From the NCBI GenBank assembly GCA_965227835.1, contig OZ245768.1, positions 540,001-572,000 on the forward strand: a stretch of DNA of 32,000 bases, read 5' to 3'. Shown here piece after piece: positions 1 through 11,155 of the stretch. Source of the stretch: Candidatus Saccharimonadota bacterium. Lineage in GTDB: Bacteria > Patescibacteriota > Gracilibacteria > BD1-5 > UBA6164. The translations under genes and the position numbers were made by a program. Every line of letters begins with the position of its first letter. Within the stretch, counting starts at the first letter, position 1. Under the pieces are notes generated by a model that saw nothing but the letters and a program-made list of their open reading frames with translations, made no database searches and was not told the DNA's origin.

Positions 1-3000
1 CAGTGGTTTTTGCAGTTCAGCTCAAGTTCATGTACTCCATATCATCGGCAATAATCAAATTACAGAAGTAAAAGCAGTCATAAGTACAGGTCTCAGTCTT
101 ACCATAGCTCAGTGAATAACTGATACATGGATTCATTCTTTTGTTATAATTGTATTCTTGTAATCTTCTTTCTTCAGAACTTTTTCATCCATAAGAGGAA
201 GTCAGAATTTTTCTCTAAAGGCATTTTCTAGATACAGAATCATTACTACTCATGTCTCAACAGCATTTCAGAATAAGGATATAAATCATACCCATACAGC
301 TACTGAAAAATTAAATCATGATATATATAATGCTATAATTCAACCTATCAGACTAAAAGGGATAGAAAGAGCTACAATTCATACTAGACCTCCATCTTTA
401 TAAGCTAAAAACAGAATAAACAATATAATTAGTACTACTGTAGGAACCACTACTTGGAGAGTACTTTTTGCTCTTAGCTGATTTTCATATTGTCCTGTCC
501 ATTCAATATAGTATCATTCAGGAAGTTCTAGGTTTTCTTCTATATATTTTTTTCCATCTTCTACAAAGCTTACAAGATCTACTCATTGTACATTCATCTG
601 TACTGCTGATCTAATAACTCAATTTTCAGAGTTTATAGTTGCTGGTCAATCTATTAAAGAAATGTTAGCAACTTGAGAAAGAATTACATTTCATGTTTTA
701 GAAGAAACTTCTAAACTTTTAATATCATCTAAACTTTCTCTATAGTTATTTTTTAATCTTACTTCGATTCAATATTTCTCTCTTCCATCAATTGTAGTAC
801 TCACAGTCTTTCATCAAATACCTACGGAAATAGTATCAAGTACATCTCATTTTTTTACTCCATATTCATTTAACTTTCTTTCATCTATATCTATTTGTAA
901 ATATTTAAGACCTGTTGTTCTAATGGCTGTTACTCAGAATCCTCATGGAACATTTCACATAAGCTCCTCAGTCTCTATTGCTAACTCTTCAAGTTTCATA
1001 GGATCATCTCAAAATATTTTTATTCATACCTGAGCTCTAATACCTGTAGAAAGCATATCTATTCTTCAAATAATTGGCTGAGTAAAACCATTCCAAAGAT
1101 TATTTATTTTAATATTTCTATTCATTTCATTTATAATATCTTCTTTGGTTACTCATTCTCTCCACTCTGATTTCGGTTTGAGAGTAATAATAGTTTCAAG
1201 CATAGCCATTGGAGCTGGATCAGTCGCTGTCAAAGCTCTTCAAGCTTTTCACACAACTGTTTCTACTTCAGGTACTTCAGAGATAATTCTGTTTGATTCT
1301 ATAAGAAGATCTCTTGCTCTTCTATCACTTACATCAGGGACAGTCATTGGCATATACATGATACTTCACTCATCAAGTGGAGGCATAAATTCAGATCCTA
1401 TTCTTGTAAATAACCCAAGTCATACAACAAGAAGTATTCACGATATTGTTAAAGCTATTTTTCTTTTATTTAATGCCCATATTAAGATTGGTTCATATAT
1501 CCTTTGAAATAATCTTACGATTGGTATTTCATTATCTTTTTTTAGTTTTCATTTTAGAAAGAATACAGATAACACTGGTGCAAGAAAAAGTGAAGCAAAT
1601 AAAGCTCAAAGCATTGCAAACATATTCGTAAATGCAAGTGGCGAGAATAATTTTCATTCTTGTCATTCTAGTGCAAAGATCGGTACAAATGAAAGGATAA
1701 TAATCATAATAGCAAACATAAGTGGTCATGCTACTTCTTTTGTAGATTCATAAATTATTTCTGCTCTCTGTTTCGTACTAATATTTTCTTTTCCAAGCAA
1801 TCTATTATATGCATTTTCTGTAACTACAATCGCCGCATCTACCATGGTTCATATGGCTATAGCTATTCCTCAAAGTGACATAATGTTTGAAGGTATATTA
1901 AAAAGCTTCATACATAAAAATGTAATAAGCACTCATATAACCAAAGAAATAGCTGTTACTATTGAAGCTCAAAAATTCCATAAAAACAGAAAAAGAATAA
2001 TAACTGTAATTATAAGTTCAGCAGTAAGAATAGAACTTAATGTGTGTATTGCATCTTTTATTAAGCTTGTTCTATCATAGAATGGAACAACTTTTACTCA
2101 TTCAGGTAATCATTTTTCTAACTCTATAATTTTTGCTTCTACATTTTCAATTACTTCTAGTGGATTTTTCTTATAACGCATTACAACGATTCATCCTACT
2201 TTTTCTTCAAATTGATCAGCAAGTATTCATCTTCTAAATTCTGCTCAGATCTTAACATCAGCAATATCTCAAAGTTTGACAGATATTCAGTTCACTTCTT
2301 TTATAAAAGTGTTTTCTAGATCAGACTTTGTTTCTACAAATCATATTCATTCAATAGCGATTTCTTTTCATCACATATCGATTACTCTCCCTGAAACATT
2401 ATTATTTCAAGACTTAATAATATTTTGAACTTCCTGTAAAGTAATACTATAATTTGAAAGTTGTAAAGGATCTAAAACTATTTGAAAATTCTTTTTATAT
2501 CATCAAATAGAAGCCACTTCAGCAACTCAAGAAACACTTTGAAGTCATAATTTTATATAAAAATCTTGTAAACTTCTAAGTTCTGTAAGATCATGATTAT
2601 CACTTTCTAAAGTATACATATATATTTGCCCAAGCCCTGTCGCATCAGGTCAAAGTACAGGTTCAACTCATGGTGGAAGATCTCATTTTATAAGACTTAA
2701 TCTTTCATTTACTCTATCACGAGCAAAGTATTCATCTATGTTATCCTCAAAAATTACAGTAACCATAGATATTCCTAGCTGACTCATAGCTCTTACATCA
2801 CGAACTCCTGCTAGTCATTGCATACCAATAGTTATTGGATAAGTTACCTGGTCTTCAATATTTTTAGGAGTTTGTCATACCCATGGAGTCATTACAACAA
2901 CCTGATTTTCAGATAAATCAGGAAGTGCATCAATAGGTGTTTTATAAAGAGATACAACAGATACAATAGAAATTACAATAAAAACTATGACTGTTATAAA

Positions 3001-3039
3001 TCTATTTTCTATAAAATATTTTAAGATTTTATTTAACAT
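1..3039 (-). CDS. Heavy-metal-efflux type RND inner-membrane transporter (CusA/CzcA family). The C-terminus runs off the window start.
   Basis: ATG at 3039, with 1013 codons open to position 1 when TGA is sense. Motifs read: 'MTPWVGQTP', '[13 protein letters not shown]', '[22 protein letters not shown]' (the Gly codons at 1870-1872 and 1849-1851 are TGA) and '[17 protein letters not shown]'. Trp positions use TGG. The only long standard-code ORF here (1532..1729) is off-frame. Confidence 0.9.
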
Positions 3040-3044
3040 AATTT

Positions 3045-4886
3045 TTATTTAATAAATATTGGAGTTGTAACTACTTTTAAAGTTTCATCAAAATTACCAG
3101 TCACAAGAGAATATTCTCAATCATCTGATACTATAGTTACATCTTTAACTCATAGTTTTCCATTATCTTTTTTGTAATATACAATTTTTCTTTCTTCTTT
3201 ATTATATATTGCACTTGTTGGCACTTTAAATACATCTTCCTTATTTTCTAAACTTACTCTCACAGTAGATTTATTCGGAAGACTTATTTCATCTGAGACT
3301 TTAGCTTGAACAGTAATACTAAAGGTTTTTTCATCTATTTCAGGAGAAATACGATAAATAGAACCTGTGAAACTTTTTCCTTTATCATCAGAAAGATAAA
3401 AACTAATTTCTTTTTCAAGCTTCAAGTTTTCTTTTAGATTTTCAGGCACATAGAATTTGATCTCTTTTTTTGTTATTCTAGATAAGGATGTTTCTACACC
3501 AGAAATTCTAAAAGCTTCAGTATTAAGAGAGATTTTTTCACCCACTTCTATACCTCTTTTTGAAATAACTCAAGAAAATGGAGAAGATATTTTATAGTCT
3601 CCTGATTTTATATATTCACTATTTAAGTCTGCTTTTGCAATTGCTATATCATTTTCAATATTAATTATTCATCTATCTTCATTAGCAATAAGTAACTCCT
3701 TAGATTTCTTTAAAGTTTCAATTTCTGCAGATAATTTTGATACAGCTAATTGCTTTTCTGATTCTGTTGAATTAGATTTTGTTCATAATAATGCAATTTC
3801 ATTTTCTTTTTTAGATATTTGTAGCTCAATATTTTCAATTTTTTCTTTTTGAGCAACCTCTAAAACATTATACATATTTTTTGCATCATCTAATACTTCC
3901 TTTTGAGAAATAAGAGCTGAATTGTAAGTATTAATATTCGAGATATGAGTACTTATAGTATTTTCATCTGCACTTACAGAAATAATAGTGTTTTGTAGTA
4001 CAGTTATTAATAAACTATTAATCTCCAATAGGTCACTATATTTTTTATCTAATTCTAAATCGTTAAAATTATTATGGAATGTCTTAAGTTTATTTATAAG
4101 TTCATTTTTAGACATTGTATTCTTTGCTCAAAATTGGTCAGAAAAATCATAACTATTGATTTTTCTATAATCTAATTCATCTTCATTTCAAATATATAGT
4201 ATTGGTATTATTTTGTTATATATTTCATCTATCTTAGAAGACAATAGTTCTTCTTTTTGAGTAATGTTATTTTTACTTTCATCTAATAACTCTATTTTTG
4301 ATTTTTCTGCATTTTCAAGGTTCCTTTGTAAATTTTCAAGAGATTTTAAAGATACCCCATACTCTGATCCAAGAGTAGAATCATCTCAAATTTGAGATAT
4401 TTTAGAATTATAGTTATTAATTGTTTCTTCTAGAATAACCTCTTTTTCTTTTATTCTTTGTTCTAATTCTGCAACTTTTGCATCTTTAACTTTTATAGCT
4501 TCCGAAAGAAGATTATTTTTAGATGAGACAACTGTATTTTTAATATTAATTTTTGATTGTCACTCTCAACCAACTCATGGATTTAGAAGTATAGCTAATG
4601 TATCTCATACTTTTACATGATCTCAAATATCAACAAGTATATCTTTTACTATAGCATCTCTTCTTGGATAAATACTTGCTGTATCATTTGATATAAATTC
4701 TCAAGGAAAATAATCAGTTTTAGATATTCTCTCAGGTGTTGTATGTTTGTATACCTTTTTATTTTGTATTTTGGTTTCTTGTTCTTCTGTTTGTATTTCA
4801 GTATTATTTTGAGAAGCAAATACAATAAATGAAATAGTTAAAAGAGATATAATAAAGCCAAGAATTAACCATTTTTTATGATTCAT
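3045..4886 (-). CDS. Efflux membrane-fusion (periplasmic adaptor, HlyD/CusB-like) protein with an N-terminal membrane anchor and a very long coiled-coil insert (613 aa)
   Basis: Track ORFs 4701..4886, 3783..4115 and 3150..3545 share one frame and are separated only by TGA. I checked 3546-3782 codon by codon and found no TAA/TAG. N-terminus is 'MNHKKWLILGFIISLLTISFIVFA'. The split lipoyl-like halves are 'IVKDILVDIGDHVKVGDTLAIL' and 'ISSPFSGVISKRGIEVGEKIS'. TAA at 3045-3047 lies 5 nt before the pump ATG. Confidence 0.85.
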
Positions 4887-4910
4887 TTTTTAAAATTAAA
4901 CAACTAAAAA

Positions 4911-4934
4911 AACTTCCTTATTAAAGGAAGTTTC
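4911..4934 (-). terminator. Perfect 10-bp stem / 4-nt loop hairpin followed by a T-run on the minus strand, about 20 nt upstream of the adaptor ATG
   Basis: Plus strand reads aaacttcctt-atta-aaggaagttt, preceded by an A-run (4907-4913), which is a U-tract on the minus strand. Confidence 0.55.
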
Positions 4935-4972
4935 CATAAATAAAATCTTTATGCATGCTTCCTTAAGGTACC

Positions 4973-4993
4973 ACAAATAAACCTTTATTTGTG
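4973..4993 (-). promoter_or_regulatory. 9-bp perfect inverted repeat (cacaaataa / ttatttgtg) with a 3-nt loop, in the intergenic region. Function unknown (operator or RNA hairpin).
   Basis: Read directly from the sequence. It lies between the small metal-rich ORF stop (5010) and the adaptor start (4886). Confidence 0.3.
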
Positions 4994-5009
4994 AATAAAT
5001 AAGGAAGTT

Positions 5010-5435
5010 TTAACAGTTGCTTTTTGTACTACCGATTAATGTAATATAAAAATTATTAATCTTCGAAGCTTCTTCTCGTATTGGAGGCGAATTAAGTTTT
5101 TCAATATAATTCTCTTCTTGATCTTCTTGTATTAGAGCTAAAAATGAAAAATCTAAAATTTTTCATTTTAATAACTCTTTTTTCTCGTTTGAATTATGTA
5201 TATTTGAAACAATTCATGAATCATTAAATGGTGAAATACAACATTCATGAGTGATATCTTCACAGTCTCATTTCATAGTTTCACAACAATCATTTGATGA
5301 CATAGCCATCTTTTCTTGCATCATATTATGATGACTCATTTCTACATCATTCACAGCAAAAGAAGCCATTGCAGTAGTCATACATGCAATAGTCGTTGTT
5401 GCGAAGATTATTAATATAGAAATAAGTTTTTTCAT
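5010..5435 (-). CDS. Small secreted Met/His/Cys-rich protein (141 aa), candidate metal-binding partner of the efflux operon
   Basis: ATG at 5435 and TAA at 5010-5012, 426 nt. Signal-like 'MKKLISILIIFATTTIACMTTAMA' is followed by 'VEMSHHNMMQEKMAMSSNDCCETMKGDCEDITHECC'. No family was recognised; the function is inferred from composition and neighbourhood. Confidence 0.6.
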
Positions 5436-5502
5436 AATATTTGTTTTTATTAATTGTGAGTAATCTATTTATTTTTTTAAAAAAGTCAATTTTAGGATTT
5501 TT

Positions 5503-7530
5503 CTAATCTATTTTTAATTTATCAAAAAAGATCTTATTTCTCATTTTTGAATCATCTACTATTTTATCCCAATCAATAACTTCTATATATAAATTATTGT
5601 TTCAATACCAATCAAAGTAACCTTGTCAATCAGGCATTACTTTAAAGTTCTTTTCTCTTTGTAACCAACTCTTTACTTTTTCAGTTAATGTACAGACTAT
5701 ATATCAATAAAAAGGCGTATTTTCAGCTACTTGGATATTTTTTCATTTAGGTGTTTTATACTTTCAATCCACAATACTGTTAACATATCTAATTATTTGT
5801 TGAACAGGATCTTCCTTAGATGAAGGATTAACAAAATCATCTCTTCATGGTTTCTTAAATTCAAAAATTGTAATCGGATTTGAACTATTATTTTCTCATC
5901 TAAAAGCAATTTTTTTATCAAAAATTATTACATCTCATCTTTCGGTGTTTCATCAATTTAAAGGAATATCTGATGATATATAATCTGCGAAAGCTAATTT
6001 TTCATCAAGAACCCACATATTATGATCATTATAATCTACTGATTCGGAATCATTTTTAGTAGGAAATATAATTGTATGTAAGCTATCTTCAGATTTGTAT
6101 TTTTTAGTATCTTCATCCCATTCTAAAGACTTCTCTAATAAATCTAAGGTGAATTTCCTTGTAGCCACATAGTGTGCTAAGTCTGTTTTAACTAAATCAT
6201 CTAATGATGATACAAGTTCACGAACTTCAGATTCATTTGAAAAATCACTAGTTTTTACAAAAGTATTTACTTTCACTTTTGCTTCTTTTTCTTTTTTATA
6301 TTTTAATTCATGAAACTTTGCATCTAAATTATCTTCAGAAATTGTTGAATCTATACTATTAAGATCAAAATTTTTATATAGTGCACTATACCAAGGAGCT
6401 TTTTTATTAATAAAACTTTTTACTTTATTCACTTTAATAACTTGCTGTTCATCTAAAAAATCCTTATATAATTTTTTGATTTTCTCAGTAACTACATTAA
6501 AAATTTCTTTTTCTCATATAAAATCTTCGAAAACTTCTTCATCTTTTAAAAAATTAAAACTCTCCCTTTCTGTATCAACATTATCATCTAAGTAATCTCA
6601 ATACACATAACACTTTATTGAATAATTATTTTCTTTTTTGTCATTAGTTTCTTTTAATTTCTGATTAAAATCAGGTATAAATTTTCATAAGTTTTCTTCT
6701 ACAACTACCCTATTATGTCAACAAAGACTAATAGTATTATTTTCTATAGAATATTTAACTTTAAAAATTTTTAATCAAAACTCTATTTTATCTGCTTCTA
6801 TATTTCATTTAGGAATATGAAGTTTATTGTTATGTATAACACTTATATCTTCTTTATTTCATATCATTGAATTTAATTTTTCACTATCATATTCATCAAA
6901 TATAACTATTTCTGGACAATTAAAATCATCATCTACAAAGTACATTAATAAATGCTCTAGTAGTTTTCTTCATAGAGTTGGTACTTTTTTACTTTGAGAA
7001 TTTAGCTTCGTTATATATTGTTTTTTTAATCTTGTTAAATATAATTTAGTTCAAGTTTCTTCATCATTAGATACATCAATTATAGTACGATTAGACATCA
7101 TATCTTTTGCATTTATATCAAAAGAAAAACTGATCTTTTTTCTAATATCTCAATCTTGATAAACACTCTCAAAGTCTACCTTTTCAAAGAACTTTAAATA
7201 GAAAAATCTACCAAATCATTTACCTCAATGACTTTCAAGTTTATAATCACTTTTAAAAGTTCTAAATGATTTTTGATTATCAGAATTAAATCAAACCCCA
7301 TTGTCTGTAATAATAAATGATTCTATATCCTCTAAACTTTCCTCTTCTAATCATGATCATAATTTAGTTTGTTTACTTCTTATGACTTTTATAGATATTT
7401 TACCTTCTTTCTTTCAAGATTTTTCAAAAGCATGTATCCCATTTACAATTCATTCGTAAATAGGATAATAAACAGAAGTATTTTTTATATCATTAACTAC
7501 TCATTTTATATTGATTTCTCATATAGCCAT
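5503..7530 (-). CDS. GHKL (MutL/MORC/HATPase_c_3-like) ATPase fused to a C-terminal PD-(D/E)xK nuclease-like domain (675 aa)
   Basis: ATG at 7530 and TAG at 5503-5505, 2028 nt, in frame with track ORF 5953..6432. Bergerat motifs: 'YEGIVNGIHA' (E-x3-N-x3-A), 'ITDNGVGF' (7288-7305, one Gly is TGA) and 'HGGKGFGRFFYLKFF'. C-terminal 'RGDVIIFD...PITIFEFKKPGRDD' (EFK at 5848-5868) fits D...ExK. Confidence 0.75.
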
Positions 7531-7556
7531 ATGTATTTCTATTTATAAAATGTAAA

Positions 7557-8954
7557 CTATTTATTCCAATATTCTAATAAATTTTTTAATGCTTCTTTAA
7601 ATAGTTTTGGAGCATTTACTCAAAGAATTAATTTCCCATTCTCATTTAATAAAAAACTCACCTCAATTTCAACTATGGTTTCCTCTGTACTTCAATATAA
7701 AACAACTGATCTTAATATTTCATACTTTGGATAATTAGGTTTAATGTATAAATCTTCAATAGCATCAAAATCATCTAATTCTTTTATTCAATTAGCTCTA
7801 AATTCATATTTTTTTCATTCTAAATTTAGAATTTCACTATTATCAAAATCAATTAATATTAAATCAGGTATTGCTACTTTTTTAGATTTATCTCAATTTT
7901 TATATTCCTCTCTATCTATATATTTTTGCAATGGTATATGTTTTCATTCTTTTGTTAAAAAGTATGATTTTTCACAACCAGCATGATTTTCAAATAAAGA
8001 ATTACTGTTAGTAAAGTATTCAGTAACTATATGAATGAAAATAGTTCCTAGTTTTTCTCATTTTTTATCAAAATGCCAATATTGAGTTTTTGCAACAGGA
8101 ACTGATGAGTCTAATCCATCAAACTCTAAATTTAATTTACTAGCTATTTGAACAAATTTATTATTTCATTTAATATGTTTCTGTTCTAGTCAATGTTTTG
8201 TTATTACTATTTTTTTAGTCCATCAAAGTTTCCTTAATGTAGAAGCTATCAAACTTAAAGCTCAAATATTTGGATCATGAGCTAAACTATCACTCTTCCA
8301 TAATCTACCTGATACTTCTATTCTATCATCATATTTATCTATTAGTATAGGTACATTTCATTTTGGAGGTCTTCTCATTGAATTTTTCATTTCAATAACC
8401 TCATCAATGCTTGAAAATTTTTGTAAGTCATTATCAATATTTTCTTTTCATAAAACTTCTACTCAAAGTGTATACAAACATCTAGTTCAAAAAATATTTG
8501 TATCAGTTTGACTCTTTTTCTCTTCAACTTGAAGAGAATATAACATAATCTTTCTTACATTTGGATAGAAAAAATCAATATATACAAATTTAGAAGCTCT
8601 TTGAAATACTCAAGTATTCCTGCTTTCAGAATCATCAGTCTTAGTTTCTTCAATTGCATATAGTGGTTCATCATTCTCATTTGGTTCATCTTCTTGATAG
8701 AATAATAAGAAATCAACAAAACTAGATTTTCAACTTACTGTTTTAATAAAAATTTCTCAAATTTGTTCTGATGTAAATCAAATTACTTTGTAAGTAAAAG
8801 CAAAATTACCCTCCTTATTTAATACAGGAAGAATTCTAATGGTATCAATAAAACAAGAAATTTCATTATCAGTAACAAACTTATACAATATATTATGTAT
8901 AACTTCTCTTTTAGGTCTTTCCTCAGTTAATATCCATAGATTTTTCTTATCCAT
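7557..8954 (-). CDS. Restriction-endonuclease-like protein with two PD-(D/E)xK-like motifs (465 aa)
   Basis: ATG at 8954 and TAG at 7557-7559, 1398 nt. N-terminal region reads 'SFVDFLLF...LYAIEETKTDDSESRNTGVFQRASKF'. C-terminal region reads 'VAIPDLILIDFDNSEILNLEGKKYEF', a FokI-cleavage-domain-like position. It sits 23 nt downstream of the methyltransferase and 26 nt upstream of the GHKL gene. Confidence 0.6.
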
Positions 8955-8977
8955 TTTTAGTTTTTTTAATATTATTA

Positions 8978-10117
8978 TTAGATATTCTTTTGAAAAATAA
9001 GAATATATTGATGAATTTGGTTTGATACATATGAGAATGGATATCAGTAAGGATATAGATTAACTCATTGATCAGCCCATATTTTAGTTCACAAGTAATT
9101 TAGGTCAGGAATTTCATTTAAATCCAAAATCATATTACAATGTAGAAGATTCAAATCTTTTCATTTTGGTTGCATATCTTTTATAAAGACTACTACATGT
9201 CACTTGTTTTTCAATAACTTCATTGAATTTTCAATACTCTCTTTAAACACTCTTCTAAAGTCTTCAGATTCCATATTTCATAAATCTTCTTTAAGAGAAG
9301 TGTAAGGAGTCGCTGATGTATCTTTTTTTAATTTTATAGCCTCTCATGTTTTTTTTCTATTCATCATATCTCAATATGGAGGATCAATAAGAATTAATGA
9401 TAACTCTTCATCTCAAATTTGATTAGCTATTTTTCATGATTTTAACAGTTTTATAGAATCTCCCTGAATAGTTTTCTGCTCCTTTAATCATAAAAAGTCA
9501 TTTGCTCTTTTGTATGCATCTATAAAATCATCAGATAAGTCTATTCAAATAGCTCTTCTATTACATAGAGAAGCTCAGAGTAAAGTTCAACCTACTCACA
9601 TAAAGTAATCTAATACTAAATCATTCTCTTTAGTAAAAAATTTGATAATCCCTTCCATTAATTGAGGTGGTTTTGGAGATGGGTGTATTTTTCTAATATG
9701 ATGAGCATATCAATCCTCTAAACCTGTTGTATACCTAGTATTTATGACTGAATTCAAGAAAAAAGTCCATTCTCATCATGATAAATCATTTAATTTATTC
9801 TTTAGGTGATACTTTCTTTTATCACTAATTTGAATAACTTGCTTTGAATTACCTATTAAATATGCATTATTTATATCCTCTTTTACCCAAGTTGGAAGTC
9901 CAGCAATTTGTTCTTCTGTTAAATAGTCTACAGCTCTCGTATGTTCTTTATTATCATCATTTTTTATAATCCTAAGCTTATTTTTACACTCTTTTAATTT
10001 CCTATTCAGTAAAATTCCAAATTCTTTTTCAAGGTCATCAATAACCTCATCTTCAAATTCAGACAAATTCTTTTTACTTAATAGTGCTTTAATCTTTTTA
10101 TAATCTATAATGTCCAT
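8978..10117 (-). CDS. SAM-dependent N4/N6 DNA methyltransferase (DPPY type) with permuted motif order and an extra roughly 110-aa N-terminal region (379 aa)
   Basis: Track ORF 9776..10117 continues through TGA TGA. Motifs read: 'LSGGEWTFF', 'HPSPKPPQLMEGIIKFF', 'VLDYFMGVGGTLLGASLCNRRAIGIDLS', then 'LILIDPPYG' (9374-9385), 'LLKNKGHVVVFI' and 'HQYILIFQK'. TAA at 8978-8980, 1140 nt. Confidence 0.8.
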
Positions 10118-10121
10118 TTCT

Positions 10122-11155
10122 TTATTGTTTTTCTATATAAAATAATAATTCCTCAAGATTATGTTTTAGATCTCAAGCTACATGTTTATATCTCCTATAT
10201 GGGATTCTATATAACTTAAATGTTCACTTTTTTGAGTATTTTTCCATTACCTTTTGTATATCACTTTCTCCCATTATTCACTCTGTACTATAACTTAGAA
10301 TGATATGTTTAAAGTTAGCATTGTTGATCAAATCATCAAATTCATTTAAAACATCTTTTTTTATACAATATTTCGATCTAACATTTTTATAAGGTCTCAT
10401 TCATGTTTTACCATAAATTTCAGGATTATCATATTTAGCTATAGTTTCAAGTAAATGATAATTAGGTAGATATTGCCTTGTATTATATGGAGGATCAATA
10501 TATAGAATATCTCAAGAAATCTGTTTAATTAAGTTATTAGCATCTTCATTATATGATATATTATCTTTAGAATTATTTAGTATTTCTATATCATTTAATT
10601 CTAAAGGTTTTAAAGCTCTATTATCCCAATGTTTCAAATATGCTCAATATGTTCAGGCTATATTAGAATAAAAAGGTATAGCATGAATGAGTGTTCCAAG
10701 TAAATAATAAAATTCATTATTTTCGATCAATTCTTTTTGTTTCCATTCATTTAAAGATTGTCTTATAAAATCTATTTTCAGAGCATTATCATTTGAAATA
10801 TACATTCTATCAGACTTTTTATTCGGAGAATAATTTTCATAAATAAAAGGAGTATCTTTAATATCGTTTAAAGATACTTTTTTTTCATTTAGATATTTAA
10901 TAGGATTAGTTCATAAATGAGCTGATATTTTTTTAAATTCAGGAATAACATTTTCCATTATTGCTACCCTCTGCATTACATGTGAAAAAAACAATAAATC
11001 ATTCGATATTATTGTATAATCCTTTTTAAAAAATTCAGCTACTGATCATGTTCAAGAAAAAATATCACAGAAAATATCAACATTATCTTTAATATTTTCA
11101 TCAATTACCATTTTTATTTTATCTAGCAATAATCTTTTTGAACCTATATATCTCA
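10122..11155 (-). pseudogene. D12-class / COG3392-like N6-adenine DNA methyltransferase (M.FokI-domain-like), with the reading frame broken near 11100-11104
   Basis: 'MRYIGSKRLLLDKIKMVI' (from ATG 11155) is in one frame. The rest is in the adjacent frame: 'ENIKDNVDIFCDIFSGTGSVAEFF...NIAGTYGAYLKHWDNRAL...ILYIDPPYNTRQYLPNYHLLE (DPPY 10485-10496)...YGKTGMRPY...ILSYSTEG...YRIPYRRYK', ending at TAA 10122-10124. The body frame has a TAA at 11118-11120 upstream. The N-terminal frame hits TAG at 11039-11041. The pattern is consistent with a 1-nt deletion in 'attg-tgaaaat'. Confidence 0.7.

Noticed and set aside
1532-1729. Cys/Tyr-rich 65-aa minus-strand ORF inside the pump gene
   Set aside because: It is off-frame by one nt from the RND frame. 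At the same place the RND frame reads the conserved '[38 protein letters not shown]'.
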